Positions 24,830-38,519 of a stretch of 64,000 nt of DNA are shown here, piece after piece. The notes beneath the pieces were generated by a model. It was given only the letters and a program-made list of their open reading frames with translations, was not told the origin of the DNA and did no database searches. The DNA is from Eledone cirrhosa. Taxonomy: Eukaryota. The first letter of the stretch is position 1; each line of letters begins with the position of its first letter. The DNA is taken from NCBI GenBank assembly GCA_964016885.1, contig OZ024746.1, positions 2,046,001-2,110,000 on the forward strand, written 5' to 3'. A program made the translations under genes and the position numbers.

Positions 24830-26700
24830 TTCAGTAGTTCTCTGAAAGATCTGCTGCCAGATGTATTGTCATTCAATGGAGCTAAATATGTAAGCCAGCC
24901 TGACTGTTGAAAAAGATTGATGGAGATAACTAACCCACCACAGTTGGCAATGTTTTTCAACAACTTGCAACCAAGATAGCCTACTGGTCAGTTATAATAC
25001 ACTTCAGCAAAGAACTGCACCATGTCTAGCTCTAAGTAGGAGTTAAAGGCTGCTGCTTATGTGGCCAGACATTTCATTGTATTGCTCCCATCACCTCCTG
25101 GTTAAGTTGGACATGCAAGATACCTTTAATACAGACACGGGCCCCCTTAATACTCCCTCGGAAGTAACTCTCTTCTGGGACACCCACCATACTCACTGCT
25201 GCTGGCAACATTGTCACATCTGCTAGAGGTATCCAGCAAGGTGACCCAATCAACCCACTTGTCTTTGAATTGACAGTCAAGCCCATTGCCAACTCTGCTT
25301 GTCTTTCACTGTGTGGTATCTGAATAATCCAACATTGGGTGGCTCTGTTGAGTCTGTTGTTGGTGACCTTCAAACCATCTTCCCAGCTCTATCACTCCGC
25401 AGATTCAAGATTAACTCAATCAAATCAGAAGTGATAAATGTGAATTACAACAAAACAATACGAAAACACTGTGCTCAGCATTCAGTCCATTCTGTGTCGA
25501 TGTGCATCCTATGTTCTGCCTTCTCAGTAATTGTTTCACCCTTCTCAAGCTTATCTTTATGTTGCACAGTGCACCTTGCCATTCTCAAACGGGACACTTT
25601 AACAAACCTGATGCCATCATCACTGCACTGAACTTATCTGCAGTGTTAGTTTCACCAATGCCAGCTAGCAACAAGTTAAACTCCCTGTAAGATTCAGTTT
25701 ACCTATGATCTCCATGCAACATGACCTCATACTGCCTGTTTACTAGTTGTCCCATTATCTCTAGCCACACCCTCATCAGCAAGCTTCTCTGCAAGATGTC
25801 AGGCCCAAATGTGGGAACTTGAATCACCTCTGCCTATTTGAGTGGATGATAGCATTAGTCCCAGAGAATGCAGGATACAAATGTAACTGGGATTACAGAA
25901 AATGCAGGTCAACCTGCATGCCAATAAAATCTTTCTTCGACCAACCCTGTTTCGTGTGACTCCATTCGGCCTTGCAGCCAAACAGTCATGCGTTGCTAAA
26001 TTCGGAGCCCTCCTTATGAACTTGTACCCTTCTTGATGATGAATGCACCTGCATTAGACTGGCCCCTGTTTTGACCTCTGTCTTCGTGAGCCACTTAACT
26101 GTTGTTTTGTAACAATAGTAAGCAAATTGAAATTGCATCTGCTATCTTGTCGCAAGAGTGTAGGTTGATTCCTTCAGCACATTTAACATCATCAACAGAA
26201 GAGACATTGACATAGTTTCACATCACAACTGGCTTTGATTGTAGTGATGGCAACTGCCCAGAGGAAATAACCTTTTTCCCATTTGAGGGAAGTAAATCTC
26301 TAATCTGGAATGGCACATTCTGAGACATGTTCTCCACCTCCAACTTTGTCTCTTTGACTACAGTCCAGGGTACTACCATCCATATCACACAGGAGTAGAA
26401 GATATCCAAATACTGGGACTTGATGTGCCATTCCTTTCTGTGTTGATACTTCTCTTGTTCTTGGTTCAAACTGCCATATTCTTCCACAAAATTGGGAGGG
26501 GTGCATCTTACCTGAGGAAGGAGGCCTGTGACGTGAAGTGGTTAATGCAGTGGGTATCACTGGCAATTCACTGTAGCATTGCTTTTGCCATCCTGTCTAC
26601 AGGGTACAGCTGAGATATACCTCCTAAACTGGGGTGTAATTTCCTCTCCTCCCATTTCCTTTTAATTCTAACTTTATTTTAATTTTTATATTGTATACAC
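24830..26700 (+). mobile_element. Degenerate CRE-like (restriction-like endonuclease) non-LTR retrotransposon
   Basis: RGIQQGDPINPLVF and VWYL(NN) RT motifs; terminal WLMQWVSLAIHCSIAFAIL resembles the CRE C-terminal QRLSxAxQRGNA motif. Confidence 0.65.
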
Positions 26701-27124
26701 ATATTTATTAGAATGCTGTTGAAAATACATACATTTTTGGGGGACACCCTGCATATATATAATACACACGCACACACACATTTCATACATAGGCGTGAGT
26801 GTAGATATCTGAAATTGTAAGAGAATACTTGTGTGTGTGATATAAAAAGAGGTTGCAATGCACATTATGCCGTGAAAACGTGTTGTGTTTGAGCATAAGC
26901 ATATAAAAGTGTTCGTGAGCTCACAAGGATTCCATTTATATGTTAATAACTACTGGAAATGGGTTAGGGGCTGCCTTTTCTTAATTTTTATATAGAATTA
27001 AGAAACATAATCCTTTCGCTCACGAAATTATAAGCGTTAAAGAAGATCGTAGTTTCTTCAGTGATTTCACATTGTACTCTCAGCGTTTAGATATTACAAA
27101 TGACTTATGAATCACTCTGTATAG

Positions 27125-27159
27125 TGAGAGAAAGAGAGGCAGTACACACACAGAGGCAG

Positions 27160-27201
<42 letters not shown>

Positions 27202-27585
27202 AGACACATACACACAGAGGCAGCACACACGCACACACACACAGAGAGGCAGGACACACACAGAGAGAGGCAGCACACAGAGAGAGAGAGAGAGAGGCAG
27301 CACACACACACAGAGAGGCAGGACACACACAGAGAAAGGCAGCACACACACACAGAGAGGCAGCACACACACACAGAGAGGCAGCACACACACACACACA
27401 CACAGAGGCAGCACACACAGAGAGAGAGGCAGGACACACACAGAGAGAGGCAGCACACACACACACAGAGAGGCAGCACACACACACACAGAGGGACCAC
27501 AGAGAGAGAGAGAGAGAGAGAGAGAGGCAGCACACACACAGAGAGGCAGCACACACATAGAGGCGGCATACACACACACAACACT
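27125..27585. repeat. Compound (CA)n/(GA)n microsatellite punctuated by GGCAG
   Basis: Direct inspection; explains the four low-complexity ORFs here. Confidence 0.95.
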
Positions 27586-29099
27586 TAATAAATATATCGC
27601 TTACATATATATATATTAACCATGTACCAATTATACACATACCTCCTTTTTTAAGTGTAACACTGTAAGGATGGGGGAAGAAATGGAGGGGGGGGGGGGT
27701 CCGGAATAAGATTCAAAAGAAAATTCATTTCAAAGATAAAAAAAGAAAGAAATGCAGTGAGAGGAGATGAGGTGTATAAACGATGATGATAAAAAGATAT
27801 TATCTTGCTTGACGGTCGGATGAAGAAATTGGATTGGGTTGGGTTGTGCAGCCGCTTTTCAGAATCTATTTTTTGAAGTTTGACATTTTTGGCAGGGAAG
27901 GGACGTAACTCAAGGCCCCAAACTTAACTATATTTAGAATTAGTAAAATAAGACAAATTATCCAATAAAAAAAATATGTAGAAATTTGTTGGTATATCTT
28001 GTTTTACTTAGCTAATATAAAACATACTCAACAGAAAATTAAGAATATTTTTCCTTTGTAATCTGATTTGATGAAGGAAAATATAGAAATTATTACGAAA
28101 GTATTCATAATCAAATAATTTCGTTCTTAAAATATTGTAAAATAAACAAAACACTTTTGTTTAAAAATATGATCCAACTTGAGTTCACGAGCCCCCCCCC
28201 CCCCCCAAAAAAAACTCTACATGGTCAACCAGGCTGCTAGAAATAGCAGCCAAAATCCTTTTAAGTCACACCACACCCTACTGTAAAATAAAACACCTTT
28301 AGTGTCATTATGGAGAGAAATTACTCCAAAGACTGGGTGATTCTTTACATAGTGTCATGAGGACTCCTCCCCACCTTTCATATTTGAGACAACTCATTCA
28401 TTTACCTCACACCATAAGAACTGCCTGGTAAAATATAAAAGTCATGAAATGAAGGTGACCCCTATCTAGGAAGTTGAGCAATCTGAAGAAATGGCCATTT
28501 GGAGAAGGAGAAGACAGGCTTTGTGGTCATAACAAAGCCAACCCATCGAAGAGAACAGTATCATCATTATCACTGTTTAACAACCATTTTTCCATGCTAG
28601 CATGGGTCAGACAAGTTGCCCCGTTGTAAGACAAGCCAGGTCCGATGACCATGACTTGCTCATACAGAACTGGTTTTGGCTTGGTTACTACAGCTAAGTA
28701 ATTCTAAATAAAATCTGACACAGTGTAGAGATCACTTTGGTCTTGATGCTGCAGGTGGTATGAAAACATCCATTCAGTCTATGCCTGAAAGTGATTGCTA
28801 ATAGGAAGCCAAAATCATAGCAGTTATAAATACAATGAATAACACTATCATCACCATCATCAACATCATTTAGCGTCCATTTTCTACGCTAACATGGGTT
28901 AGACGGGTTGTCCTATTTCAGGCAGGTTGGGTCAGGTGACCGTGTCTTACTCATAGAACTGTTTCTCGCTAGGTTTCTACGGCTGGATGCCTTTCCTAAC
29001 ACCAATTACATTTACAGTGTGTGCTGGGAGCTTTTTGTTGTGACACCTTCACAACTAATTGTATAATATTTGACTAACACTTGGCATATAAGGGCTGTG

Positions 29100-30060
29100 C
29101 ATGATGATAGGCTTTTGGAGATATATGAAGAAAATCAGCAAATTGCAACAGTAACTTCAGGAGACAAGCCTGTCAACAGATTACCTACCAATCAGATGAA
29201 CATGGAAGCCATCTTATGCACCAGCAACCTGACTAGACAATAGACAAGTGTTTGTGATACTAAGTCCTTATGCAATAAAGAATGCACCATTCAACATAGA
29301 CTAGTTATTAATGACCTAAAGATAAAAGTTAGATGGCTCCAAACACACAAAACAATCTCACGAAGAAAAGTTTAGAGGTTGAAAGATTCCTTGGCTATTC
29401 AAGGAAGTATTATGTGACACATAGGACAATGAAGAAGAAACAGAACTTCTAACATAAAAGAGGAGTTTCTAAGCAACAAACTGTGGAAGGAGTGATGTGA
29501 TGGTGGAATAACAGAGTTGATGGAGTCATAAAAGTTGAAAGAAAGGCCTGGAAAGGTTGCAAGCAGAAATTAAAAAATCTATTTCGGGTAGCTAGAAATG
29601 AAGCTAGACCTTATGTTGTATTTAGCAAGGATAGAAGCTAAAAATAAAATAAATTGCTAATGATCTAAAACAAGATCAGAGGTGGGAGGAGTTCCAGAAT
29701 GTAAAATAGTGAGTTTGTGTGAATCAGGGCATCACTGCAAAAAGGTGTTTACAAAGTGAGGGCACTACACTTGCCTTCACTAACATTAATGAGAAAAAGT
29801 CACGAAAATGTTACTATGAAAGGTTGCTGAATAAGAAGAATGCGTATGTGAAAAAGAAATTTGACCAAACAAAGAGACCAGCTATTGAAGTTGACAGCTA
29901 TGAGTGAAAGGGCAATTAAAGATATGAAAACAACTGCAGCAACAGGGATAGTCACCGAAATGCAGAAAATGTCCAGTTAAGTAGGACATATGTTAATTAC
30001 TCACATAAACAATCCAGAAGTGAGGTGTTATTCCTAATATCTGGTATAACAACCACATCA
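29100..30060 (+). mobile_element. Degenerate RTE LINE fragment (end of endonuclease to start of RT)
   Basis: ECTIQHRLVINDL, WWWNNRVDG-IK..KAWK and YYERLLN-like remnants. Confidence 0.6.
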
Positions 30061-30319
30061 ACAAGAAGTACTCAACTGAAAATGAGTACCTGCAATAGTT
30101 TGGGGTTGTAACCGTGAAAACGCACAGAACAAAAACTAGGAAAAAAATTTCTCGTAGAACCCCAGTAGGTGCCTTTCTATAAATGTACCCTTTATTGTAT
30201 TGATATTTATTTTCATTAAATTTATAGATCTCCCACTTGATTTCAGTGGGTGAAAATGTTTTTGTTTTTTTTAAATGCTATGGGTGGATGTTGACTTTGC
30301 TTAATGTGCCACACTAATT

Positions 30320-31065
30320 ACAGAACTCTCTGCAATGGGTGGGAGACATGATCTGTTTAACTGGTTGAAGTCCTTCGTTCCCAGTCGAAAAGGGGTAGTC
30401 AGGTTTCTAGGACAGCATTCTTCACCCTATGAAATGTCATCTGGTGTACCACAGAAATCTATTCCCCTTTTGTTTATTACATATATTAATGACATAGATG
30501 CCAACTTAAAGAATGCCATACTGCTGAAATATGCAGATGACATCAAGCTGTACCTTGAGATAAAAAGGACAGATCCTATAGATCTTTCCTTCAATCAGAC
30601 CTGCACACAATGCAGCAATGGATCACGGACTGGCAACAAGCAGGCTGTGGACAAGTGTACCACCATGCATTTTGGGAGGAAAACCCAGGTTCACATATTC
30701 CCTCCACAATACTAATCTCAAGAAGTCTTCTTGTGAATGTGACCTGGGCATTATTGTCAGCAGCTATTTGCATTGGACAAAGGACATCTCTAGAATTTTT
30801 TTTCACCCTCAGAGTTGCTGAAGCATGGAACAAACTACCTGCAACAGTTGTTAGCTGTCGGGACACGGCATCCTTCAAAACTTCCATGCTTCCTGAATTT
30901 CGCCAACACTACACTGATATTCCCCCTCCACACACACGCATGTATCTGTGTGTATATCATGACTCATACGCTGTTCACTTTCCTGACATTTGTATATCAT
31001 TCTATGCACCTTTGGTGACTTATAGTGCACCTGAGCACTGTACACAATAATTTTCATTATTATAT
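30320..31065 (+). mobile_element. 5'-truncated, internally deleted CR1/L2-type LINE
   Basis: SSGVPQ..PLLFITYINDI..LKYADDIKL RT motifs, KCTTMHFGRK, and C-terminal FFTLRVAEAWNKLP..SFK. Confidence 0.85.
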
Positions 31066-31077
31066 TTATATCGATGG

Positions 31078-31248
31078 ATTGGCAGTATCGGTAGAGGGTC
31101 GGACGCCATGCTTTGCAGCAAAGAGATTTATGATCTAAGTTCAAATCCCGCCGAGGTTAACTTTGCCTTTCATCCTTACGGGGTCGATAAAATAAAATAC
31201 CAGTAATACACTGAAATAATGGCTTTGTGCCAAAAGTAGAAACAATTA
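31078..31248 (+). mobile_element. tRNA-derived SINE with core TTTGCCTTTCATCCTTACGGGGTCGATAAAAT
   Basis: A box TGGCAGTATCGG and B box GTTCAAATCC; other copies at 32200-32350(-), 24550-24700(-) and 63175-63268(+). Confidence 0.75.
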
Positions 31249-31403
31249 TTATATCAATATATATATATAAAGAGAGTGAGACCTATATATATAGGTCTCC
31301 CCCTTTCTCTAAATATATATAATATATATATATATACAGAGGTTATATTTAATTTGTTGGGATTCAACAAGCTTAAACATTTTTATAACTGATATAAAGC
31401 ACT

Positions 31404-31447
<44 letters not shown>

Positions 31448-31787
31448 CACACACACATACATATACACGTGTAACACGTACATAAATAATTTTTTGCATT
31501 AAGAAGGAAGTTTTCCACTTTCTACCTTGTAAAGGTAGAAACTCATATATGTTTTATAAACATCATCTGTTTATTATATGTGAAATTGTTTGAGTGTGTA
31601 AACGTGACGACTTTCGAAGAGTCTCATACTTGGGGTGACAGAGTAACAAAACTCACTATTTAGCATTAATAAAAATGAATATATAAATATATATACGTAC
31701 ACACACATCCACACATCGATTGAACTCGGGACTCACGCACATACCCCTCCCCCACATATATATGGGGGTAGGGGGGGGGGGGGGGGC

Positions 31788-31841
<54 letters not shown>

Positions 31842-32442
31842 AACAAAGCATGTCATTTCTCAGTTGTATAATTATATCTCGGTTTTGTTAGTATTAATTA
31901 ATATATACGCTGCCGAATTTTCCATTTAGTTTAATTTCCACAAATATATACTTTCATAACGGTGTTTTATATCCGGCAACAAAGCAGCCATCTTCATTTC
32001 TACAAAGATATTTTAAAAGTTTCTTTTTCATTTATTGAACAACTGATCATATTTAGAGAGAAACTTGTGATATGATGAAAATAAAATAAAAATGGCTTTC
32101 TCATTACAATTACGTGCATTGAAAGGAGAAAAAATATCTCCAAGTATTGATTCTGAATAAATAAAACTTAAAAAGATATAAAATAATAATTATTTCTACT
32201 TTAGGCACAAGGCCAGCAATTTTTTTTCCCGTGAGAGGGAGGGGGGGGGGAGTTTCGATAAAATCGAACTCAGTGCATTACTGGTACTTTATTTTATCGA
32301 CCCCGTAAGGATGAAAGGCAAAGCTAGCCTCGGTAGGATTTTAACTTAGAAGATATAAAATAATAACAGTTTCTAATTTGGATATGATGTCACACGTTTG
32401 TTAAGGCTGCACTTTTTTTCAATTTAAATTTGACAGATCTCC

Positions 32443-32785
32443 GGAGAAGTAAAGTGATCAGCGGCAAGCGGCAGTGTAGGTAAAAGAACAAATAAATAAA
32501 TGACTGCAAGGTGTTTTTATTTGACTGTTTCTACAACTCTTGTACCCCAAATAATAGGGGCAATGGTTGGAATAAACGGCGGGGGGGGGGGGGATAAGCG
32601 GAGGAGTTAGAATAAGGACGGGTTTGGAATAAACCACGGAGGAGTTGGAATAAGTGTGGGGTTGGGGTTGGAATAAGCAGGGGAGGTTTGGAATACGTGG
32701 GGTGGGGATGGAAAATCGGTAATTTTTTTAGGTTGTCGTCATTGATTTTTTCAAAACCAGAATTAGTCATTTAGTTATTGAAACA
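32443..32785. repeat. 343-bp direct repeat, copy 1
   Basis: Matches 33676-34018 except for one C/T difference seen. Confidence 0.95.
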
Positions 32786-33675
32786 GTGTGGAGACTGTTC
32801 AGCCCAGCTATTCCAACCTCAATGTTGAATGCTGAGGGTGAAAACGGTTTGGTGTGGCACTGGGTGGTAGGAGGACCCCTTGGTTCAATCAAGAGGCCAA
32901 AGATGGAGGCTTACAAAGCTAGGCTTAGAAATAAGTCCTCTTTCTTGCATTTGTAGTAGAAGCCTACAAAAAAAGTTGCAGCAGAGACCCAAAAGGCATT
33001 CAAAGTTATAGTAGGACTGAATTAAGTGCAAGAATTGCAAGAGCTGGTGCAGTAATGTGCCAGCTTCAGCATTCAGTCATCAGGAGGGAGGTAGGTGTAA
33101 AAGCCAAGCTCGCTATTTGTGTAAACCTTCCCTATGGCCATGAATCTTGGGTAATAACCGAAAGAATGCAATTGTGAATACAAGGAGCCGAAATGGGGTT
33201 CCTCTGAAAGGTCTTTGAAGCAACTTTAGTCGATAGAGTGTGTAGCACATAGGTCAGGGAGTAACATAGCATTAGGAGTCGTTCTGGAATAAGGGACGTC
33301 AAAATTGAGGATGCAGCCTGGCTCAGGAAGAAGGATGACTGCAACCACGTCAACATGAGCAAACTGGATATCATGCCATGAGATGGGGGCTGCACACTAT
33401 ACAGATTTGTATTGATTTGTCTACTCTACTTGGATGAGTGAGATTAGTGTCCTTTGAATGACAGTCCATCCACATGCTTCCGTTTATCTAATTTCACTCT
33501 CAAGACCTAACTCAAGATGCCACACAGTGAGATCAAACCTGGGATGTAATGAATATGAAGTATACTTCTTAACCCTTCAGAAACACCCAAGCTGAAGGTA
33601 GCAGCTAAGTCTCCCACTAGCTGGCTTCAGTATAAAATTTGATGGAAATAAGTGAATACCTTGGACATCTTGTAT

Positions 33676-34018
33676 GGAGAAGTAAAGTGATCAGCGGCAA
33701 GCGGCAGTGTAGGTAAAAGAACAAATAAATAAATGACTGCAAGGTGTTTTTATTTGACTGTTTCTACAACTCTTGTACCCCAAATAATAGGGGCAATGGT
33801 TGGAATAAACGGCGGGGGGGGGGGGGATAAGTGGAGGAGTTAGAATAAGGACGGGTTTGGAATAAACCACGGAGGAGTTGGAATAAGTGTGGGGTTGGGG
33901 TTGGAATAAGCAGGGGAGGTTTGGAATACGTGGGGTGGGGATGGAAAATCGGTAATTTTTTTAGGTTGTCGTCATTGATTTTTTCAAAACCAGAATTAGT
34001 CATTTAGTTATTGAAACA
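33676..34018. repeat. 343-bp direct repeat, copy 2
   Basis: Matches 32443-32785. Confidence 0.95.
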
Positions 34019-34019
34019 A

Positions 34020-34102
34020 TTTTAACAACAATTTGCACCAAACACACAGACCCAGCAGCTTAGCTGCTGGGTCTGTGTGTTTGGTGCAAATTGTTGTTAA
34101 AA
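34020..34102. repeat. Perfect palindrome, 41-bp arms with 1-nt spacer
   Basis: TTTTAACAACAATTTGCACCAAACACACAGACCCAGCAGCT-T-exact reverse complement. Confidence 0.97.
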
Positions 34103-34112
34103 GACTTTTAAC

Positions 34113-34319
34113 AAGTGTTGTTCATTTCTATCTACAGCCTGCCCTTATATATATATTTTTGTGTGGTCAGAGTTGAAGTAGAGTTCAAAGTTAAAATTTC
34201 AGTATTCAGGAATCCATTGTATGTTAAAAGCTGACCAGATCAAAACCTAGTAATTTCTATTGTTCAACCACACAAAAGTATATATAAGGATGTGCTGTAG
34301 ATAGAAAAGAACTATACTT
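34113..34319. mobile_element. MITE-like element with about 54-bp imperfect TIRs
   Basis: 34113-34167 pairs with 34267-34319 (TTTCTATCTACAGC..CCTTATATATA..TTTTGTGTGGT). Confidence 0.7.
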
Positions 34320-35867
34320 TTTAATATTCTAAAAACGAGAACTTTAATTTGTTAAAGTAAATTTTCTTTTGGAAAATTGGTCTTAAACAGTTGAAATTTG
34401 TAAAAATATTTGATAAAACTTAACTCAACTTGATGTAGAAATATTTCTTTTGGTGGATTAAAGAAAAAGAAAATCTTAAAATATACTTCTGCATTTATTT
34501 TTCACTTATAATTTTTGATTTGTATGAAACTTTACCCCTATTTTTAACTACACACACACATACATGTATTGTACATCTTGTTGAGCATCTACAAAATTGA
34601 AAATAAACAATTTCTGGCCCCTAGACCTAAAACAAAGGATCACCAAGGCAAGTATATCATAATTCAAAATCATTTTAAAACAACCTCACTTATAAAATGT
34701 TTCCTATCTAATTAATTTAATTTTCTCTTTGTAGAAGCATTCAACATTTACATCCTGGTTCAATATGAAGAAATTTAACCTTAAAAAAAAAAGTCTTAAA
34801 ATATAATACTTCAAACTATACAACTCTTCCTAAAATACTTTACCAAGCAATGAGTGTGTCTGTGTGTATGTTAGTTAACTTAAATAAAGTGTCTGTGTGT
34901 GTGTTAACTAAAATAGTGTGTATGTTTGTTAGTTTTTACTAAAATAAAATGTGTGTATCTGTGTGTGTGTTAGTGTTAAAAGAAGTAGTATAGTTAATAT
35001 GAAGCAGTGTGGGATAATAAATAAAGAAAGCAATAACATGTTGAAGCTAAGAACAAACTGGCTGGACTGCCACAATTGTGGGATGGTCAGTAATAATTAT
35101 AAACAGACCTTGACATTCCATGTTGTTTTGTGAGGTTTCAGCAATACAACATATCATTGCTATATTTCTTCAGTTGATTTAATTGAGTAAATATTATACA
35201 TTTCCATATACATGTGGAGGTGTGTGGTCTAGTGATAAGGTTGTTGGACTTAAAATCATGTTGTGGGTTTGATTCCTTGACTGGGCTGTGTGTGTTCTTG
35301 AGCAAAGCACTTCATCTCACATTGCTCCAGTATACTAAGCTAAAAATATAAGTACCAGCAATACCTGGGGGTTTAACCCTGTGAATGACTGGTGTCCTGT
35401 CCATGAGAAAGTCTTGTACTCTCAGTTGCTTCATGCTACAAAACTGGGATAAGCACTGGCCTGACAAAACCCCTGGCTTGAGACAGATTTTATACATTTC
35501 CATATACAAGTGGCATGTGCCACCCTTCCTCCACATACACTTGCTAGTCTGTGTATGTATGTATCAAGTTTTAATTTAAATAATTCCTTTTCTCCTTATT
35601 TGTTCTTACGCACTTGCATATAAAACATTATGTAGATATAACCAGAGCTTTTAAATTATAAGCCTCTCTTTCAATATATGTTATTCTCTTTGTACCTGTA
35701 ACTGTCTCACAGGTAATTGCTGGTTCATCAGAAACCAAGTATCTTATCACCCAACCTACAAAGAAATTGCATTGCAAACCACTATTTATATCAAAACACA
35801 AACCAGAACTTAAATGAAATGGCAAGTCTAAATTGCATGCTATGATTGAAGATTTCGACTGTCTTTC

Positions 35868-36930
35868 AACATCACCGTTTTACGTCTGTTCTTCCACGCT
35901 AGCATGGGTTAGACAGGTTGTCCTGTTGTGGGCAGTGTCTGCTCAGCTGACCTTGTCTTGCTCATATGGGAGCTGATTCTGGCTTGACTTCTATGCCCTT
36001 CCTAACACCAACCTCATTTACAGTGAGTGCTGGGTGCTTTTTTTCTGTGGTGCCTACATGTCTACTTTACAGTGTGGGCTGGGTGCTTTTTTGCCATGGC
36101 ACCTCCACAACCACTTTGCAGTCGGAGGGTGTGGGGGCATATTGTCTATATGCTTCGGCTTCGGCTTGTACCCATGGGAAGTGTGTCATCGCCCTTGTGA
36201 GGTGCAATTGGGTAAGATTGGCTTTTATCACCTCATCCCAGGTCTTCTTGGGTCTCCCCACTCCGCAGCTTCCATCGACTTCTAGTGCTCTGCTCCTTTT
36301 TATGCAGTTGTCATCCTTCATACACATTCATTTTGTTAAATAGTTAAGGTTGTAGGATTATAGGAAATAGCAGGGAACTGAATAATAAGCCTTGACGGAC
36401 CCCTATTTGCACACAAAATTAATCACTCTTTACCCTGTTGATTACAGCCCTGACTAGACATTCATCTACTCCTAGCCTCTTTATATCATAGAACATTGTA
36501 TACTTATCATCTAGCTTCTCTCTTAGCTACCTAGTACTGGTCTTTGATACCCACATTTTCCAGTTTTTCCACACCTGTCTTGGCTTTAATGGCTCTATCC
36601 ACTGTGCTGTTCCACGACCAGGTCACCCTTTGTTTGGTTGGTGTTTTGCTCCAGCCTTGGGTCTCATCAGTAGTTTGCAATAAGTTGTCACATAAGAATT
36701 TGAAATTGTCCTCTGTCATATGTATCTAACTTCTCCCCTCTCATATACATCCTGTAGGGCCTTTCAAAACCTATATTTAACAGAAAGGTCCTTTAGCTTC
36801 CACACCCTGCATCTCCACATTTTCTTGCATATCTTGTGTTTATTCTGAAGTCCTTAATAACTAACTTGTGATCGGTAGCGCATTCTTCTCTTGGGAAGGT
36901 CTTAGCATTTATTATCGTCTGTCTATCTCA
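35868..36930 (-). mobile_element. RTE LINE fragments (3' end with shared tail plus more 5' pieces)
   Basis: MKDDNCIKRSRALEVDGSCGVGRPKKTWDEVIKANL and TWSWNSTVDRAIKAK; tail matches 58440-58610. Confidence 0.8.
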
Positions 36931-37734
36931 TCTTAAAAAGGCAAAACAAAATAGAAAATGCAACTTTGTATAGTGATCTGGTGTCACATCAAAACCAGTC
37001 GAATTCTGTATGTATATATATATATATATGTGTTTATATATATATATAAATCCTTATTCTTTCATTGGTTGAAGAGATTTAGCTGCTTATATCGATTCCA
37101 TTGCTTTTTAAAGTCTGGTATATTTTATCTGTCTAACGTAACGGGGTATAAACACGGTATACGTACAAGGCATTATTCAACCCAAAAGCTCCAGCAAATG
37201 TGCCACGCAGTGGAACTGAAACCCCAAACCAAGTGATTGCGAAGCGGCGAACTCCTTAACCCCAGTTATGCATGCGCCTATGGTCGTGCCCTATTTCTAG
37301 CGCGCGTACGTTCGTGTGTGTATTAATTCGCCCGTGTCAAAATATACTTCTTTGTAAAACAATAAAATAAAACTACATATGTATTAAGCCGTTTAATTTT
37401 AAAGGAGAACTGTTAAGTTGTGATGTAAGCTCTTAAAAAAAAAGTAAGTTTGAATAAAACCCAAAACAATGATTTGGAGAGGTTAAAGATTTTACGTATT
37501 TCGTAAATATAAAATAGGGTTAATATTTATATACCAAAATAAAATCACCAAATATAATAAAAGTTTTATGGTAGTTTTGTTCGTTATTTTCTCCCCTCCC
37601 CAGCTTTTTATGTCAGTGACCTATTCTATGGTGGTGGTGGTTTAAAGAAAATATAGACGAATGTGAGAGAAAATTGCTTTTCTCGGATACAAAAGAAACC
37701 GTTACTAAACTAACGTGTCAGTAAACTTGTGACC

Positions 37735-37800
37735 TAGTTGAACTTTCCCGCCAAACAGACATTTCCTGTTGACGGTTTAAGCAGTGTTCAGCGAAATCTC
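37735..37800. promoter_or_regulatory. Candidate promoter/enhancer with a consensus E2F site TTTCCCGCCAAA
   Basis: Motif at 37744-37755 followed by an ETS-like ATTTCCTGT, in a locally CpG-containing non-repeat stretch. Confidence 0.35.
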
Positions 37801-38519
37801 TTTATTTCAATATATCTACGTCTTTTCTACTCTTTTATTGTTTTATTTGTTTTCGTTTTTTCAGGTGACAAAATTACTTACCTGAATATATTAAGATGAA
37901 ATGAAAGTTAAAAAGTAAAATCTTAAAATGAATTCGATTATTTATTCATAATTTTCGAATATAAGGAATTCATTTTACTTGTTCAACTCTCTTGCAGGTC
38001 TGAAGCAACCGTATATGGTCAAGGGGGTTCCAACCGTGACAATTTTATCTGGGTATTTACATATGGAGCTACATTATCCTCTGTATCATTCATTTGCGAA
38101 AGCCGGATGTGAATTGAGGTAGATTTTGCTACAAACTTAAGCAGGACAGATCACTTCTTTGGTATGGAAGGCTCTTTTCTCGATACTCTGGAACGTTTCA
38201 ACACACACACATTCACATATTATATATGTGTGTGTATGTATTATATATATACGTATGTGGTTAACGACTGAGAGAAAAGAGAAAGTACTCAACACCAAAG
38301 TAGAGTGTTAATAGTAATTTTATTAAGACTAAATAATGAGTCTTATTATTCTGGAGTTTTGCCTGTTTAACAGTCACACAGGCATGCACCAAGGAACCTA
38401 TATGAAGATTGAAGCAGCTCTAAAAAAACGGTCTTGTAGCTGGCTTCCCACCATCACATTCTTGAATTGATTTTGAAGTCTTCAAGATCTTTTCCCAGTA
38501 TCAGGAATGTTGAGACTCC

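Noticed and set aside
27080-27640. Four long Cys/Val or His/Thr/Arg-rich ORFs
   Set aside because: Compound CA/GA microsatellite lacking stop codons
31078-31160. tRNA gene
   Set aside because: A and B boxes belong to a SINE head; no cloverleaf
32443-34018. LTR retrotransposon or TRIM interpretation, and the duplicated 79-aa ORF
   Set aside because: No TSD, PBS or PPT seen; interior is decayed RTE/SINE debris; the ORF is Pro-rich translation of G-runs
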